Shown in pieces: positions 43,901 to 52,986 of a stretch of 64,000 nt of DNA. Made by a program: the position numbers and the translations under genes. Under the pieces are notes generated by a model that made no database searches, was not told the origin of the DNA, and worked only from the letters and a program-made list of their open reading frames with translations. The first letter of the stretch is position 1. Every line of letters begins with the position of its first letter. Source of the stretch: Myxococcota bacterium (GTDB lineage: Bacteria; Myxococcota_A; UBA796; CAJQPC01); NCBI GenBank assembly GCA_036229005.1, contig JAZAMN010000071.1, positions 1-64,000 of the forward strand, in the 5' to 3' direction.

Positions 43901-44265
43901 TCGAGGCCACCCACGTGGCCGTCTCCCTGGTCAAGCGCTTTGGCTGGTCGGCCCGCGCCTGGTCGGACCTGAGCGTGCTCTACCACCTGGCCGGCGACCC
44001 CCAGCTCGCCACCAAGAACCTGCTCAAGGCGCTCACCCGCGACCCCGCCAACGACACCATCCGGCAGAACCTGGAGGGCCTGGGGGTGGACCCGCGCATG
44101 GCCTTCCACGCCCACCCCGACACCGAGCTGCGGCTGATGCTGGACCCCAGCGACCCCGAGCGCTGGAAGGCCCTGATCGCCGAGCGCATCGCCGCCCACC
44201 GCCTGAGCGAGGCCGCCACCCTCCACGCGCTGATGCAGCGGGCGATGGCCCGACAGGCGGGCTGA
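40996..44265 (+). CDS. Fusion of GT4 glycosyltransferase (WcaL-like), polysaccharide pyruvyltransferase (WcaK-like), SAM methyltransferase and TPR
   Basis: YPVLSQTFV, GDMDGIPTVLAEA; NRGDAAIL, GGSFL, GTRMHS; VLDVGCSTG; ATG at 40996 after AGGAG. Confidence 0.85.
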   Translation: MPKPPAVCYVLADYPVLSQTFVHAEMVALRAAGVRVGVVCHRAGDPTIRFGDGPDGAPFPILHSDLSQTQALDAVLADFDHLHGHFADFGLRVLQEIAERTRTPFSFMCHAYDLFRRDAAVTMEDWQTLSPLCTKVVTISRFHRDFIATAGVDPERIAIVPNAARLSGLIHSAPPAPTQLKRILAVGRPTPKKGFGVLLEAWKRAKKHAPELELEIIGTQVPNKPLPSGLHLSGLRPYGEVLRAMSQADLVVAPSVAAPNGDMDGIPTVLAEAGALRRPVIASRIAGIPDLVAPGVNGLLVEPGDPHALAMALVRLAQRPSELTRMGVSGPRLAACHDAEIAAQRLIRDVFSSPAPRSAKILVADSFSSANRGDAAILEGILSGLRERLPDAQLQVISHQPQVGRSFHPGVEFIGDNDPIAMARALVDTDLVVSCGGSFLNDLYALNLGPRLAFYQAAHRAEIPVVFFAQSIGPLDSPLSRMATREVLDQAAWIVARDPASARIVRELGVGAPIHQGVDAAILHPLPQEKEERTLPTLGVTVRHWHFPGHPDPSALQSAYEDNVAQACQRWLDATGGRIRLLSNCTDLGGYRQDDRLTAQRVADRIRGDVRLERDPAISFQALREQAGACDFFLGTRMHSLIFATTAGVPAVGVAYEFKTPEYLGMCGLEGLSVDIADCAGLPELLMKAWAHRDSHRANLLAALPELQERAHEQLDTLAAIAKGKRIARPRSGTNGQAGWQGETFKYDTAHRRLRKVVDTVLGEGGRRVLDVGCSTGLVGRMLGKPFDYQGVDISHAVVTGEPRFRIQQADLNQQPLPAFNGRFDSVVCSGSLEYLDDLAGTLRQLRERAQPGALGVFTLYNLSHFARATGRASRHPTWRFQARPDELVLALYEAGWSPQRLSASAAGYGPSQAVNAEHPTDWDRSGSAQLPPHRLVRLGHQIVVVARAVAPRPGPQAIEDLAGQGKLLEATHVAVSLVKRFGWSARAWSDLSVLYHLAGDPQLATKNLLKALTRDPANDTIRQNLEGLGVDPRMAFHAHPDTELRLMLDPSDPERWKALIAERIAAHRLSEAATLHALMQRAMARQAG

Positions 44266-46041
44266 ATGGGACTCTCCACCGGCCTCCGCCCCCGCAGCCA
44301 ACAGGAGCGCCTGGCGGTCGCCGCGCTGCTCCACAAGGCCCCCCTTCACCTGAGCGTGCCCCCCTCCGACGACGGCTGGCTGGCCGCGCAGCTCTGGATC
44401 GCCGGGCGCATCCCCCACTGGCCCCACCCGGGGGGAGAAGCGGTCGATGCGGCCCTCCAACGTCTGGGCCTACCGCCCCTGGATCGCAGCCCCTGCGCGG
44501 CCTCCGTAGACGCATCCTTCCGCCTGCGAGGTGCGGCTACCGCCGAGTCCCGCCCCCTCCCCCGGCTCCAGGGCAAGCCCACCGTCAGCCTGCTGATCTG
44601 CACCTACAACCGCGCCGAGCTGCTGCCCGCCGCCGTGGCCTCCGCCCGCGCCCAGGACTGGCCTTGCGAGATCGTGGTGGTCAACGACGGCTCCCAGGAC
44701 GAGACCCGGTCCTGGCTGGAAACCCAGGACGACCTGGTGGTCCTCCACCAGGACAACCAGGGCAAGCCCACCGCCCTGAACGCCGCGATCAACGCCGCAT
44801 CCGGCGACGCCCTCCTGGTCCTGGACGACGACGACCTGCTGCTCCCCGGCGCCATCCGCCTGCTCGCCACCGCTCTGTTCAGCCACCCCGAGCTGTCCAT
44901 GGTGTTCGGCGACAGCGTGGTGTTCGACGGCGCCACCGGAGAGCCCGGCGACTGGCTCCCCGCCTCCCGCGTGCCCCCCGCCCGCTGCGTCGAGGAGTGC
45001 GTGCAGCGCATCCCCGGCATGCCCGGCGCCTGCCTGATCCGCGCCGGCGCCCAGGCCCAGGCCGGCCCCTACGACCCCAGCATGGTGCGCGGCCAGGACA
45101 TGGACATGTACCTGCGCCTGTCCCAGGTCGCGCCCTTCGCCAGCCTGCCCTTCGCGACCTTCCTGTACCGCTCCCACGATGGCCTGCGCGGCTCCGCGGC
45201 CGGCCAGTGGCGCAAGTCGGACCAGAGCACCCACACCGCGCGCTTCCGCAGCTTCGTGCAGCCGGTGTTCACCCGCCGCCTGGAGGCCGCCCGCGCCACC
45301 CTGAGCCCCGATCAGGCCCACTCCTGGGCTCTGGGCGCGCAGCAGCGGGGTCTGCCGGAGCTGGGCCGTTCGCTGATCGTTGACCTCGCCGGGGCCCACA
45401 GTCCCAGGCAGCGTTGGATCCGCCAGCAGCTTGGGTTGGTGAGCCAGGATGCGCAGCCCACCCAGGACCTCCTCCTCCTCCACGACGGAGACGAGGGCGC
45501 TCTGGAGGCCGCACTGCAAGCCCACGCCTGGAGCGACGGGGAGCAGGGAGAAGAGCGGGAGCCGAGGGGGATCTGGGTGCACCTGCATCAGCCGGCAGAC
45601 CCCCTGAGCGCCGTCCGCCTGTACTGGGAAGGCAACTTCGGCGCCGGCGAGGACCTGCGTGGCTGGATCCAGGCCTCGGGGCCGATCCACGTGCGCTTGT
45701 CTTCGGCCCCCGCTTGGTCCCCGCCGCCCTTGCCGGACCCGGGCTTCCTGCTGCCCGGGGACGCGCGCGTGAGTGTGTATGCGACCGCTCTGGCGATGGG
45801 GTGGCCCCTGCCCAAGCGCACCCGACCGGGCATGGCGCCGCCCGCGAATCCGCTGCTGGGGCGGCTGGTGCGGGCGCGCAGATCGGAGCTGGGCGGTCAA
45901 CACGCCGAGGCCTTTGGTGCCCTGGAGCCCTTGCTGGCCAAGCTCCCCGACTGGAAGGCCGGCTGGGTGTTCGCGCAGCGCCTGATGGCGGGGCTGGGGC
46001 TGCAGGAGCAGGCCGCGCAGTGTGGGGCGCGGGCGCGCTGA
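44266..46041 (+). CDS. GT2 glycosyltransferase with C-terminal TPR-like helices
   Basis: VSLLICTYNR, VVNDGSQD, NQGKPTALN, LDDDD and GQDMD. Confidence 0.85.
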   Translation: MGLSTGLRPRSQQERLAVAALLHKAPLHLSVPPSDDGWLAAQLWIAGRIPHWPHPGGEAVDAALQRLGLPPLDRSPCAASVDASFRLRGAATAESRPLPRLQGKPTVSLLICTYNRAELLPAAVASARAQDWPCEIVVVNDGSQDETRSWLETQDDLVVLHQDNQGKPTALNAAINAASGDALLVLDDDDLLLPGAIRLLATALFSHPELSMVFGDSVVFDGATGEPGDWLPASRVPPARCVEECVQRIPGMPGACLIRAGAQAQAGPYDPSMVRGQDMDMYLRLSQVAPFASLPFATFLYRSHDGLRGSAAGQWRKSDQSTHTARFRSFVQPVFTRRLEAARATLSPDQAHSWALGAQQRGLPELGRSLIVDLAGAHSPRQRWIRQQLGLVSQDAQPTQDLLLLHDGDEGALEAALQAHAWSDGEQGEEREPRGIWVHLHQPADPLSAVRLYWEGNFGAGEDLRGWIQASGPIHVRLSSAPAWSPPPLPDPGFLLPGDARVSVYATALAMGWPLPKRTRPGMAPPANPLLGRLVRARRSELGGQHAEAFGALEPLLAKLPDWKAGWVFAQRLMAGLGLQEQAAQCGARAR

Positions 46042-46083
46042 GCGGGGTCCCCCGGCCGGCGAATCCTGGGCTACCCTGGCGGC

Positions 46084-46620
46084 ATGAACGCCTTGTTGAT
46101 GCTGTGGATGGGCGCCGCCGAGCCGCCCGCTGAACTCCCCGCTGAGTCATTTATTGGGCTCCCCACCACCGTGCAGACCCAGGCCGTCCAGGACGAGCGC
46201 GGGGTGGGCGTGGAGATGTCCTTCGCGGTGGCCGCGGAGCCCGAGGTGGTGATCGCCGCGCTCTGGGCAGACGACAACTTCCAGGCCGTCTTTCCCTCGG
46301 TGGTCGCCAGCAGCGTGCTCAGCGAGACCGAGACCACCAAGACCCTGCAGCTCACTGAGCGCTACATGGGCATCGAGACCTCCTACGTGCTGGTGCTCAG
46401 CCGGGAGCCGGGCAAGCTCAGCTACGTGCAGGGGCCCGAGGAGCGCACCAAGATGGCGGGGGAGATCGTGGCGAGCCCCCTGGGTCAGGGCGCCAGCCGG
46501 GTGACCTACACGGGCACCGCGGACATGGGCTGGATGGTGCCCGACAAGATGATGATCCAGGCGATGCAGGACATGGCGCCGCAGATCGCGGCGAACCTGC
46601 GGGCGCTGGTCGCCTCCTGA
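46084..46620 (+). CDS. SRPBCC/START-like protein with signal-like N-terminus
   Basis: Helix-grip pattern (AAEPEVVIAAL..FQAVFP..SRVTY..C-terminal helix). Confidence 0.55.
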   Translation: MNALLMLWMGAAEPPAELPAESFIGLPTTVQTQAVQDERGVGVEMSFAVAAEPEVVIAALWADDNFQAVFPSVVASSVLSETETTKTLQLTERYMGIETSYVLVLSREPGKLSYVQGPEERTKMAGEIVASPLGQGASRVTYTGTADMGWMVPDKMMIQAMQDMAPQIAANLRALVAS

Positions 46621-46676
46621 AGCAGGCGCGGCCCGCCAGGAGCACCTGACGGACCGCGCGCTTTCAGCTCGGAGTG

Positions 46677-49600
46677 TCAGCGCCGGCGGCGCACCACCAG
46701 ACCGAGCATGGCGAGCAGACCGAACACCAGGCCGCTGGGGGCCGCGGGGCTGGAGCTGCAGCCGAAGCCGCCGCCGCCCAGGTAGGTGCCCACATCGTCG
46801 GCGGGGTCCAGGGGATCCAGGCCGCGGGCGACCTCCTCGCCGTCGTCGATGCCGCCGCCGTCGGAGTCGGCCTTGATCGGCGAGGTGCCCAGCTCGACCT
46901 CGAAGCCATCGTCCAGACCGTCGCGGTCGGAGTCCATCACCATCGGATCGCTGCCGATCTCGTAGGCCTCGTCGCGGTCGCTCAGGCCGTCGCCGTCGCT
47001 GTCCTCGACCATGCCGCTGGTGCCCAGCTCGGCCTCGTAGCCGTCGTCCAGGCCGTCGCCGTCGGAGTCGGGGTCGATCGGCGAGGTGCCAGATTCGACC
47101 TCCTCGCCGTCGCTCAGGCCATCGCCGTCGCTGTCCACCGCCAGGGGATCACTGCCCAGCTCCTTCTCCTGCCCATCGTCCACGCCGTCGTCGTCACTGT
47201 CGGCGTCCAGGGGGTCGGTCTCGTCAACGTAGACCTCCTCGCCGTCGTCCACGCCGTCGCCGTCGCTGTCCGCGCTCAGGGGATCGGTGCCAAAGCTGTT
47301 CTCCTCCTCCCAGTCGGTGATCCCGTCGTCGTCCGTGTCGGCCAGGTCGTCGGAGACATCGAAGGGGTCGGTGCCGTCGACCAGCACCTCTTCGCCATCG
47401 CTGCGGCCGCCGCCGTCGCTGTCGGGGTTCCAGGGATCGGTCCCCCAGTCCACCCACTCGTCGTAGTCGTCCAGCCAGTCACCGTCGCTGTCCGCCGACA
47501 GGGGGTCGGTCTCGGACTCGTAGAGCTCCGCCCAGTCCCCCAGGCCGTCGTCGTCGGTGTCGGGCTCGTTGGGATCCGTGCCCAGCTCATAGGCCTCCTC
47601 GTAGTCGTCCAGGCCGTCCTCGTCGGTGTCCTGCGCGGTGGGGTCGGTGCCCAGCTCGTGGATCTCCGCGTAGTCGCCCACGCCGTCGTCATCGCTGTCC
47701 GGCTCGGTGGGGTCCGTGCCCCACTCGTTGACCTCGACGCCGTCGGAGATGCCGTCCTCGTCGCTGTCCTCGACCAGCGGGTCGGAGCCGTGGATCAGGA
47801 CCTCGTCCGCGTCGGAGACGCCGTCACCGTCGCTGTCGCCAGAGGCGTCGCTGGGATCGGTGCCGGCGCTGTCCTCCCAGTCATCGCTCAGGCCGTCGCC
47901 GTCGCTGTCGCTGCTGGTCGGGCTGGTCCCGATTCCGGCCTCGTAGCCGTCGGCCAGGCCATCGCCGTCGCTGTCCGTGCTGGCGGGATCGCTCTCCCAG
48001 ACGCTGACCTCATCGCCGTCGTCCAGGCCGTCCCCGTCGGTGTCGGGGTCGTAGGGGTCCGCGCCGTAGCTGGCCTCGCTGGCGTCGGAGAGGCCGTCGT
48101 CGTCGGAGTCCTCGTCCAGATAGTTGGCCGCGCCGTCGGCGTCCGCGTCGTCGTTGGTGGGGTCGCCGTCGCCGTCGACGTCCTCGTCGGCGGTGCTCAG
48201 GCCGTCGCCGTCGTCGTCGCTGTCCAGGTAGTCGGCGATGCCGTCACCGTCGGTGTCCTCGCCGGTGGGCGCGGAGGCGGTGTAGACCTCGCTGGCGGTG
48301 GGCACGCCGTCGCCGTCGTCATCGCTGTCCAGGTAGTCGGCGGTGCCGTCCCCGTCGCTGTCTTCCCCGGTGGGGCCGCTGGCGGTGTAGACCTCGTCCG
48401 CGGTGGCCACGCCGTCGCCGTCGTCGTCGGTGTCCAGGTAGTCGGCCCAGCCGTCCCCGTCGCTGTCCTGGGCGGTGGGATCGCTGGCGCCGTAGACCTC
48501 GTCGACCGTGGCCACGCCGTCGCCGTCGTCGTCGCTGTCCAGGTAGTCCGCCACACCATCCGCGTCGGAGTCCTGGTCGGCGGGCTTGGCGGCCGCCAGG
48601 CGCTCGTCCCAGGTGCTCACGCCGTCGCCGTCGTCGTCGCTGTCCAGGTAGTCCGGGGTGCCGTCCCCGTCGGAGTCCTGGTCCACGATGGCGCTGCCCG
48701 CGTAGGCCTCGCTGGCGGTGGGCACCCCGTCGCCGTCGTCGTCGTCGTCCAGGTAGTCCTCGAAGCCGTCCGCGTCGCTGTCCAGGCTGGCGATGGGGTC
48801 GAACTCAAAGGAGGTGAGCAGCCCGTCGCCGTCGTCGTCGTCGTCCAGGAAGTCCGGGGTCAGGTCGCCGTCCGAGTCGTCGGAGCCGGGGTCGCCGTCG
48901 CCATCCAGGTCCTCGTCGACCGTCTGAATCCCATCGCCGTCGTCGTCGGAGTCGGCGTAGTTGGGCACGCCGTCGCCGTCGGTGTCGTCGTTGGTGGGGT
49001 CACCGTCAAAGTCGAGGTCTTCGTCGGCCGTCTCGATGCCATCGCCGTCGTCGTCGGTGTCCAAGTGGTCGACCACGCCGTCGCCGTCGGTGTCGATGGA
49101 GCTGCCGCCGGAGACCTCGGCCGAGGTGGGCACGCCGTCGTCGTCGTCGTCGGTGTCCAGGTAGTCCGGGGTGCCGTCGCCGTCGGAGTCGTCGTTGCTG
49201 GGGTCGCCGTCGCCGTCGATGTCCTCGTCGTCGTTGGAGACCCCGTCCTTGTCGTTGTCCGTGGGTGCGTCGAGGTAGTCCGGGATGCCGTCACCATCCT
49301 CGTCCCCCGTCGTCCCCTCATCGATCGTCAGGGTGCCGTCGCCGTCGTCGTCGTCGTCCAGGAAGTTCGGGATCCCGTCGCCGTCGGTGTCGTCGTTGGT
49401 GGGATCGCCGTCGCCGTCCACGTCCTCGTCGGCGGAGGGGATGCCGTCGCCGTCATCGTCGTCGTCCTGGTAGTTCGGGGTGCCGTCGCCGTCGGTGTCG
49501 TCGTTGGTGTAGTCGCCGTCGCCGTCCGCGTCCTCGTAGGCGTCGATGACCAGGTCACCGTCCTCGTCCTCCGCCACGTCGGGGAAGCCGTCGCCGTCGG

Positions 49601-50522
49601 TGTCGTTGCAGAAGGCGGTGTACTCGGCCTCGTAGTTGGCCACCGCCTCGGACTGGCTGGTGCCGTAGACCACCAGCAGGCCAAAGCTCACCGAGTCGCC
49701 CGCCGCGATGGTGGCCTCGGTGTGCCGCCAGTGCATCGTGTCGTCCGCGCTGGCGCTGTTGGGGTCGCTCAGGGTCGCGTCTGCGTCCTGGTTCCAACCG
49801 GTGATGCCGAACTCATCCTTGTCCGGCTCGCAGGAGCCAAAGGCCCAGGTGTACCCGCTGGAGGAGCCCACGGCCTCGACGTAGTCGTCGGTCCCGTCGG
49901 AGTCCAGGTCGCGCACGTCGTTGTAGGTCGCGGTGACGCCAAAGGTCTCGGAGTCCACGTCCGGGTCCACGCCGAAGTTGATCCGGAAGTTCGTGGCGTC
50001 CGCCGTGCCGTTGTTCTCGACCAGAAAGCGCACGGACATCAGGATGCCGTCGACCGCCCACACCTCGGTCTTGGTGACGCTCAGGTCGCCGTAGTCCATC
50101 CCGTACTTCACGACCTTGTAGTCGCTGGTGGACTCGTCGGCCTCATAGGTGACCGTGTAGTTGTAGGTCCCCGCCGAGCTGTTGCCCGCGGCCGTGTACG
50201 CAGTGCCGCCCTGGTCCCACTCCCAGGTCAGGTTGTGCCAGGGGGAGCCCGCGCGGACCCAGTCGGTCCAGAGCCCATCGCCGTCCAGGTCCGTCTGGAT
50301 CCCGTTGTGGCTGGTGCTGTCGTACCAGAGCCCCGCGTCGTTGGTGTAGAGCTGGACGTAGGTGCCCGTGGTCTGCAGCGCGGCCTGCGCGGACGGCGAG
50401 AAGCCCAGGGTCAGGGAGAGGAGCGAGGCACCCAGGCCCACTCCAGCGGCGCGCCCACCGACCAGCTTGAGGGTGCGGGAGGCAGGCTTGGGCTTGCGGG
50501 CCGAGCGAGGAAAACGTTGCAT
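46677..50522 (-). CDS. Large surface protein with many TSP3-like acidic repeats and MYXO-CTERM-like tail
   Basis: Signal peptide ending AQA, an N-terminal domain of about 250 aa, DxDGDGxPxYLDxDDDGDG and GTDPxxxDSDxDG repeats, and tail YLGGGGFGCSS..TM..RRRR. Confidence 0.88.
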   Translation of the reverse strand: MQRFPRSARKPKPASRTLKLVGGRAAGVGLGASLLSLTLGFSPSAQAALQTTGTYVQLYTNDAGLWYDSTSHNGIQTDLDGDGLWTDWVRAGSPWHNLTWEWDQGGTAYTAAGNSSAGTYNYTVTYEADESTSDYKVVKYGMDYGDLSVTKTEVWAVDGILMSVRFLVENNGTADATNFRINFGVDPDVDSETFGVTATYNDVRDLDSDGTDDYVEAVGSSSGYTWAFGSCEPDKDEFGITGWNQDADATLSDPNSASADDTMHWRHTEATIAAGDSVSFGLLVVYGTSQSEAVANYEAEYTAFCNDTDGDGFPDVAEDEDGDLVIDAYEDADGDGDYTNDDTDGDGTPNYQDDDDDGDGIPSADEDVDGDGDPTNDDTDGDGIPNFLDDDDDGDGTLTIDEGTTGDEDGDGIPDYLDAPTDNDKDGVSNDDEDIDGDGDPSNDDSDGDGTPDYLDTDDDDDGVPTSAEVSGGSSIDTDGDGVVDHLDTDDDGDGIETADEDLDFDGDPTNDDTDGDGVPNYADSDDDGDGIQTVDEDLDGDGDPGSDDSDGDLTPDFLDDDDDGDGLLTSFEFDPIASLDSDADGFEDYLDDDDDGDGVPTASEAYAGSAIVDQDSDGDGTPDYLDSDDDGDGVSTWDERLAAAKPADQDSDADGVADYLDSDDDGDGVATVDEVYGASDPTAQDSDGDGWADYLDTDDDGDGVATADEVYTASGPTGEDSDGDGTADYLDSDDDGDGVPTASEVYTASAPTGEDTDGDGIADYLDSDDDGDGLSTADEDVDGDGDPTNDDADADGAANYLDEDSDDDGLSDASEASYGADPYDPDTDGDGLDDGDEVSVWESDPASTDSDGDGLADGYEAGIGTSPTSSDSDGDGLSDDWEDSAGTDPSDASGDSDGDGVSDADEVLIHGSDPLVEDSDEDGISDGVEVNEWGTDPTEPDSDDDGVGDYAEIHELGTDPTAQDTDEDGLDDYEEAYELGTDPNEPDTDDDGLGDWAELYESETDPLSADSDGDWLDDYDEWVDWGTDPWNPDSDGGGRSDGEEVLVDGTDPFDVSDDLADTDDDGITDWEEENSFGTDPLSADSDGDGVDDGEEVYVDETDPLDADSDDDGVDDGQEKELGSDPLAVDSDGDGLSDGEEVESGTSPIDPDSDGDGLDDGYEAELGTSGMVEDSDGDGLSDRDEAYEIGSDPMVMDSDRDGLDDGFEVELGTSPIKADSDGGGIDDGEEVARGLDPLDPADDVGTYLGGGGFGCSSSPAAPSGLVFGLLAMLGLVVRRRR

Positions 50523-50627
50523 GAAGGGGTCTCCTGTTCAGGACTCCGCGTCCCGGGAGTCGTCCCCGTTCCCCTCGGACCATCCGGCCCCCCGCTTAGC
50601 GATCAAGCGGGCAGGATCTGATCCCCC

Positions 50628-52442
50628 TCAGGCCGACTGGCGCTCCCCGCCCCAGCGACCCAGCTCCGCGCGCAGCTTCTCCATGGAGACCGGCTTGGCC
50701 AGGATCGCGTCCATGCCCGATGACCAGCACGCCTCCTGCTCCTCGGGGGTCAGCCCGGCGGTGAGGGCCACGATCGGGAGCGCGGGCTGGCTCTTGTGCA
50801 GCCGCCGCGTGGCCTCGTAGCCATCCATCTCGGGCATGTGGCAGTCCATGAGCACCAGATCGAACTGCGAGCGGCCCGCCCGCTCCAGGGCCTGCCGGCC
50901 GTGCTCGGCGACCTCGGAGTCCACCCCGAGCTGCTTGAGCATGCGCTGGACCACCATCACGTTGACCGGGTTGTCGTCCACCACCAACACCCGCGCCGGG
51001 AGCGCCACGCTGTCCGTCACCACCCGCACCGGCGAGGCCGCCGCCGCGATCGGCGCCGGGATCTCAAAGGAGAAGCAGCTCCCCACCCCCAGCGTGGACT
51101 GCAGCTCCAGGCGGCCCCCCATCAGATCCAGCAGCCGCTTGCAGATGGCCAGCCCCAGCCCCGTCCCCCCAAAGCGCCGGGAGGTCCCCATCTCCCCCTG
51201 CACAAAGGGCTCGAACAGCGCCCTCTGGGCCTCCTCCGAGATGCCGATGCCCGAGTCCCGGACCTCGACGCGCAGCCGATCTTGGGCCCACAGCGCCGTG
51301 ACCGAGACCTCCCCCTGCCGGGTGAACTTCACCGCGTTCCCGACCAGGTTCAGCAGCACCTGCCGGATGCGCTGGGGGTCCCCCTTGAGCTGCTTGGGCA
51401 GCGCCACCCCCTCCACCCGCAGCGTCACCTGGTCGCTCTTGAGCGCCCCCCGCATCAGCGCCCCCACGCCCTGCAGCAGCTCCTCCGGCGAGTAGGCGAT
51501 GTGCTCCAGCTCCATCCGGCCCGCGTCCAGCTTGGCCATGTCGAGGATGTCGTTGAGCACCCCCAGCAGTCCCTCACCGCTCTCCCGGATGACCCTCACC
51601 ATCTGGTACTGCTCTGCGTCCAGCGAGGTCTCCCCGAGCAGCTCCGCCATGCCCAGCACCGCGTTCAGCGGCGTCCGCACCTCGTGGGACATGGTCGCCA
51701 TGAACTCCTTGCGGGCCTTGAGCGCGAGCTGCGTGCGCTCCAGCAGCGCGGCGTTCTCCCGCTCCCGGGTCAGCAGCAGCTCCTGCTCTTGGGCCATCTT
51801 GACCAGGGAGCGCTCCAGGAGCTGGCTCGCGGGCCTGAAGATCAACAGCGCCTCCAGCGCCAGCAGCCCCAGGGTGAGCGCCAGCAGCCCCGCCTCCCCC
51901 CGACGCAGAGCCTCGGTCCGGGCCTCGCTCGCCTGCACGTTCAGCAGGACCGCCTGGTGCAGATCCGGGAGCAGGCTCCCCGCCGTGCTGCGGTTCAGCC
52001 GCTCCAGCGCGGCCGGATCCGAGGGCACCGCCGCCACGGCCCGCGCGTCGTCCAGGAAGGTCTCCACGTGGCGGTCCAGGGCCGCGGGCCCAAAGTAGAG
52101 GCGGTCCAGCTCGCTTCCCTGTTCCACCGCCGGCCACTCGCGGGCCGGGTCTCCGTACACCAACCCGTGGTGGTTGTAGTCCATCTCCCGGATGGCCCGC
52201 TGCAGCTCCTCCCGCGCCCGCTGCACCTCGCCGGGCCTCTGGCCCTGCACCACCAGGTTGGCCAGCGCCGGGATGCGCTGCGAGAGCATGCGTTGCCGGC
52301 CGGCCTCGTTGATCCGGGAGGCGTCGGCCTGCTGCAGGTGCAGCAGGTAGTTCAGCCCGATGAAGGCCGCGATGGCGAGCACAGCGACCAGGCCCAGAGC
52401 GAGCCGGTAGCGCGCGCGCAGCGAGTGCACTGGGGTCAACAT
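50628..52442 (-). CDS. Hybrid histidine kinase with NarX/PilJ-type periplasmic sensor
   Basis: P-box INEAGRQRMLSQRI between two TM helices; MSHEVRTP; receiver DLVLMDCHMP. Confidence 0.88.
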   Translation of the reverse strand: MLTPVHSLRARYRLALGLVAVLAIAAFIGLNYLLHLQQADASRINEAGRQRMLSQRIPALANLVVQGQRPGEVQRAREELQRAIREMDYNHHGLVYGDPAREWPAVEQGSELDRLYFGPAALDRHVETFLDDARAVAAVPSDPAALERLNRSTAGSLLPDLHQAVLLNVQASEARTEALRRGEAGLLALTLGLLALEALLIFRPASQLLERSLVKMAQEQELLLTRERENAALLERTQLALKARKEFMATMSHEVRTPLNAVLGMAELLGETSLDAEQYQMVRVIRESGEGLLGVLNDILDMAKLDAGRMELEHIAYSPEELLQGVGALMRGALKSDQVTLRVEGVALPKQLKGDPQRIRQVLLNLVGNAVKFTRQGEVSVTALWAQDRLRVEVRDSGIGISEEAQRALFEPFVQGEMGTSRRFGGTGLGLAICKRLLDLMGGRLELQSTLGVGSCFSFEIPAPIAAAASPVRVVTDSVALPARVLVVDDNPVNVMVVQRMLKQLGVDSEVAEHGRQALERAGRSQFDLVLMDCHMPEMDGYEATRRLHKSQPALPIVALTAGLTPEEQEACWSSGMDAILAKPVSMEKLRAELGRWGGERQSA

Positions 52443-52583
52443 GGTGGGGTCCGTCACCCGCAGTTCTACGGGAGGCGATCGCGCGCTCTGGACGCTTTCT
52501 GCGGCCAGAGAGAGCCGCCCGCGCAGAGGCAAGAGCCCGCCCGCTGCCAACAACCAGCGGTATCCACGCGATCACGCCGACTC

Positions 52584-52919
52584 TCAGGGGGTCAGGACCA
52601 GCTCAAGCACCGCTGAAGGCCGCGCCCCGTACTCCCGCACGGTGGCGTCTTCATCCAACACGAGCACCCAGCCCTCGGCGTACGCAGGGTCCAGCTCCTG
52701 CCGCCGGATCCGGTCCGCGGTCTCCTTGGCCTTGCGGCCGTCCGGGTCCACCACCGCCACGGCCCCCTGCCAGCTTGTCTGCTGGTGCACCAGGCGGCCC
52801 CCGTCCAGGGTCAGCGTCGCCCAAGACTGCTCGGCGTACTTGGGGTGCGGGAGCTGCACCTGACAGGGGGTGCGGCAGTTCTGGCCCGGGGTGCAGGCCA
52901 GCGCGAGCAGCAGAAGCAC
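52584..52919 (-). CDS. Small hypothetical lipoprotein
   Basis: GGGAGGA RBS, GTG start and LLLLALAC lipobox. Confidence 0.6.
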   Translation of the reverse strand: MLLLLALACTPGQNCRTPCQVQLPHPKYAEQSWATLTLDGGRLVHQQTSWQGAVAVVDPDGRKAKETADRIRRQELDPAYAEGWVLVLDEDATVREYGARPSAVLELVLTP

Positions 52920-52986
52920 GGGGTCCTCCCGACGAACGGCGGCTCCTCTATCCCAGGGCCCCCGTCTCCACGACCCCAGGCCGGCT

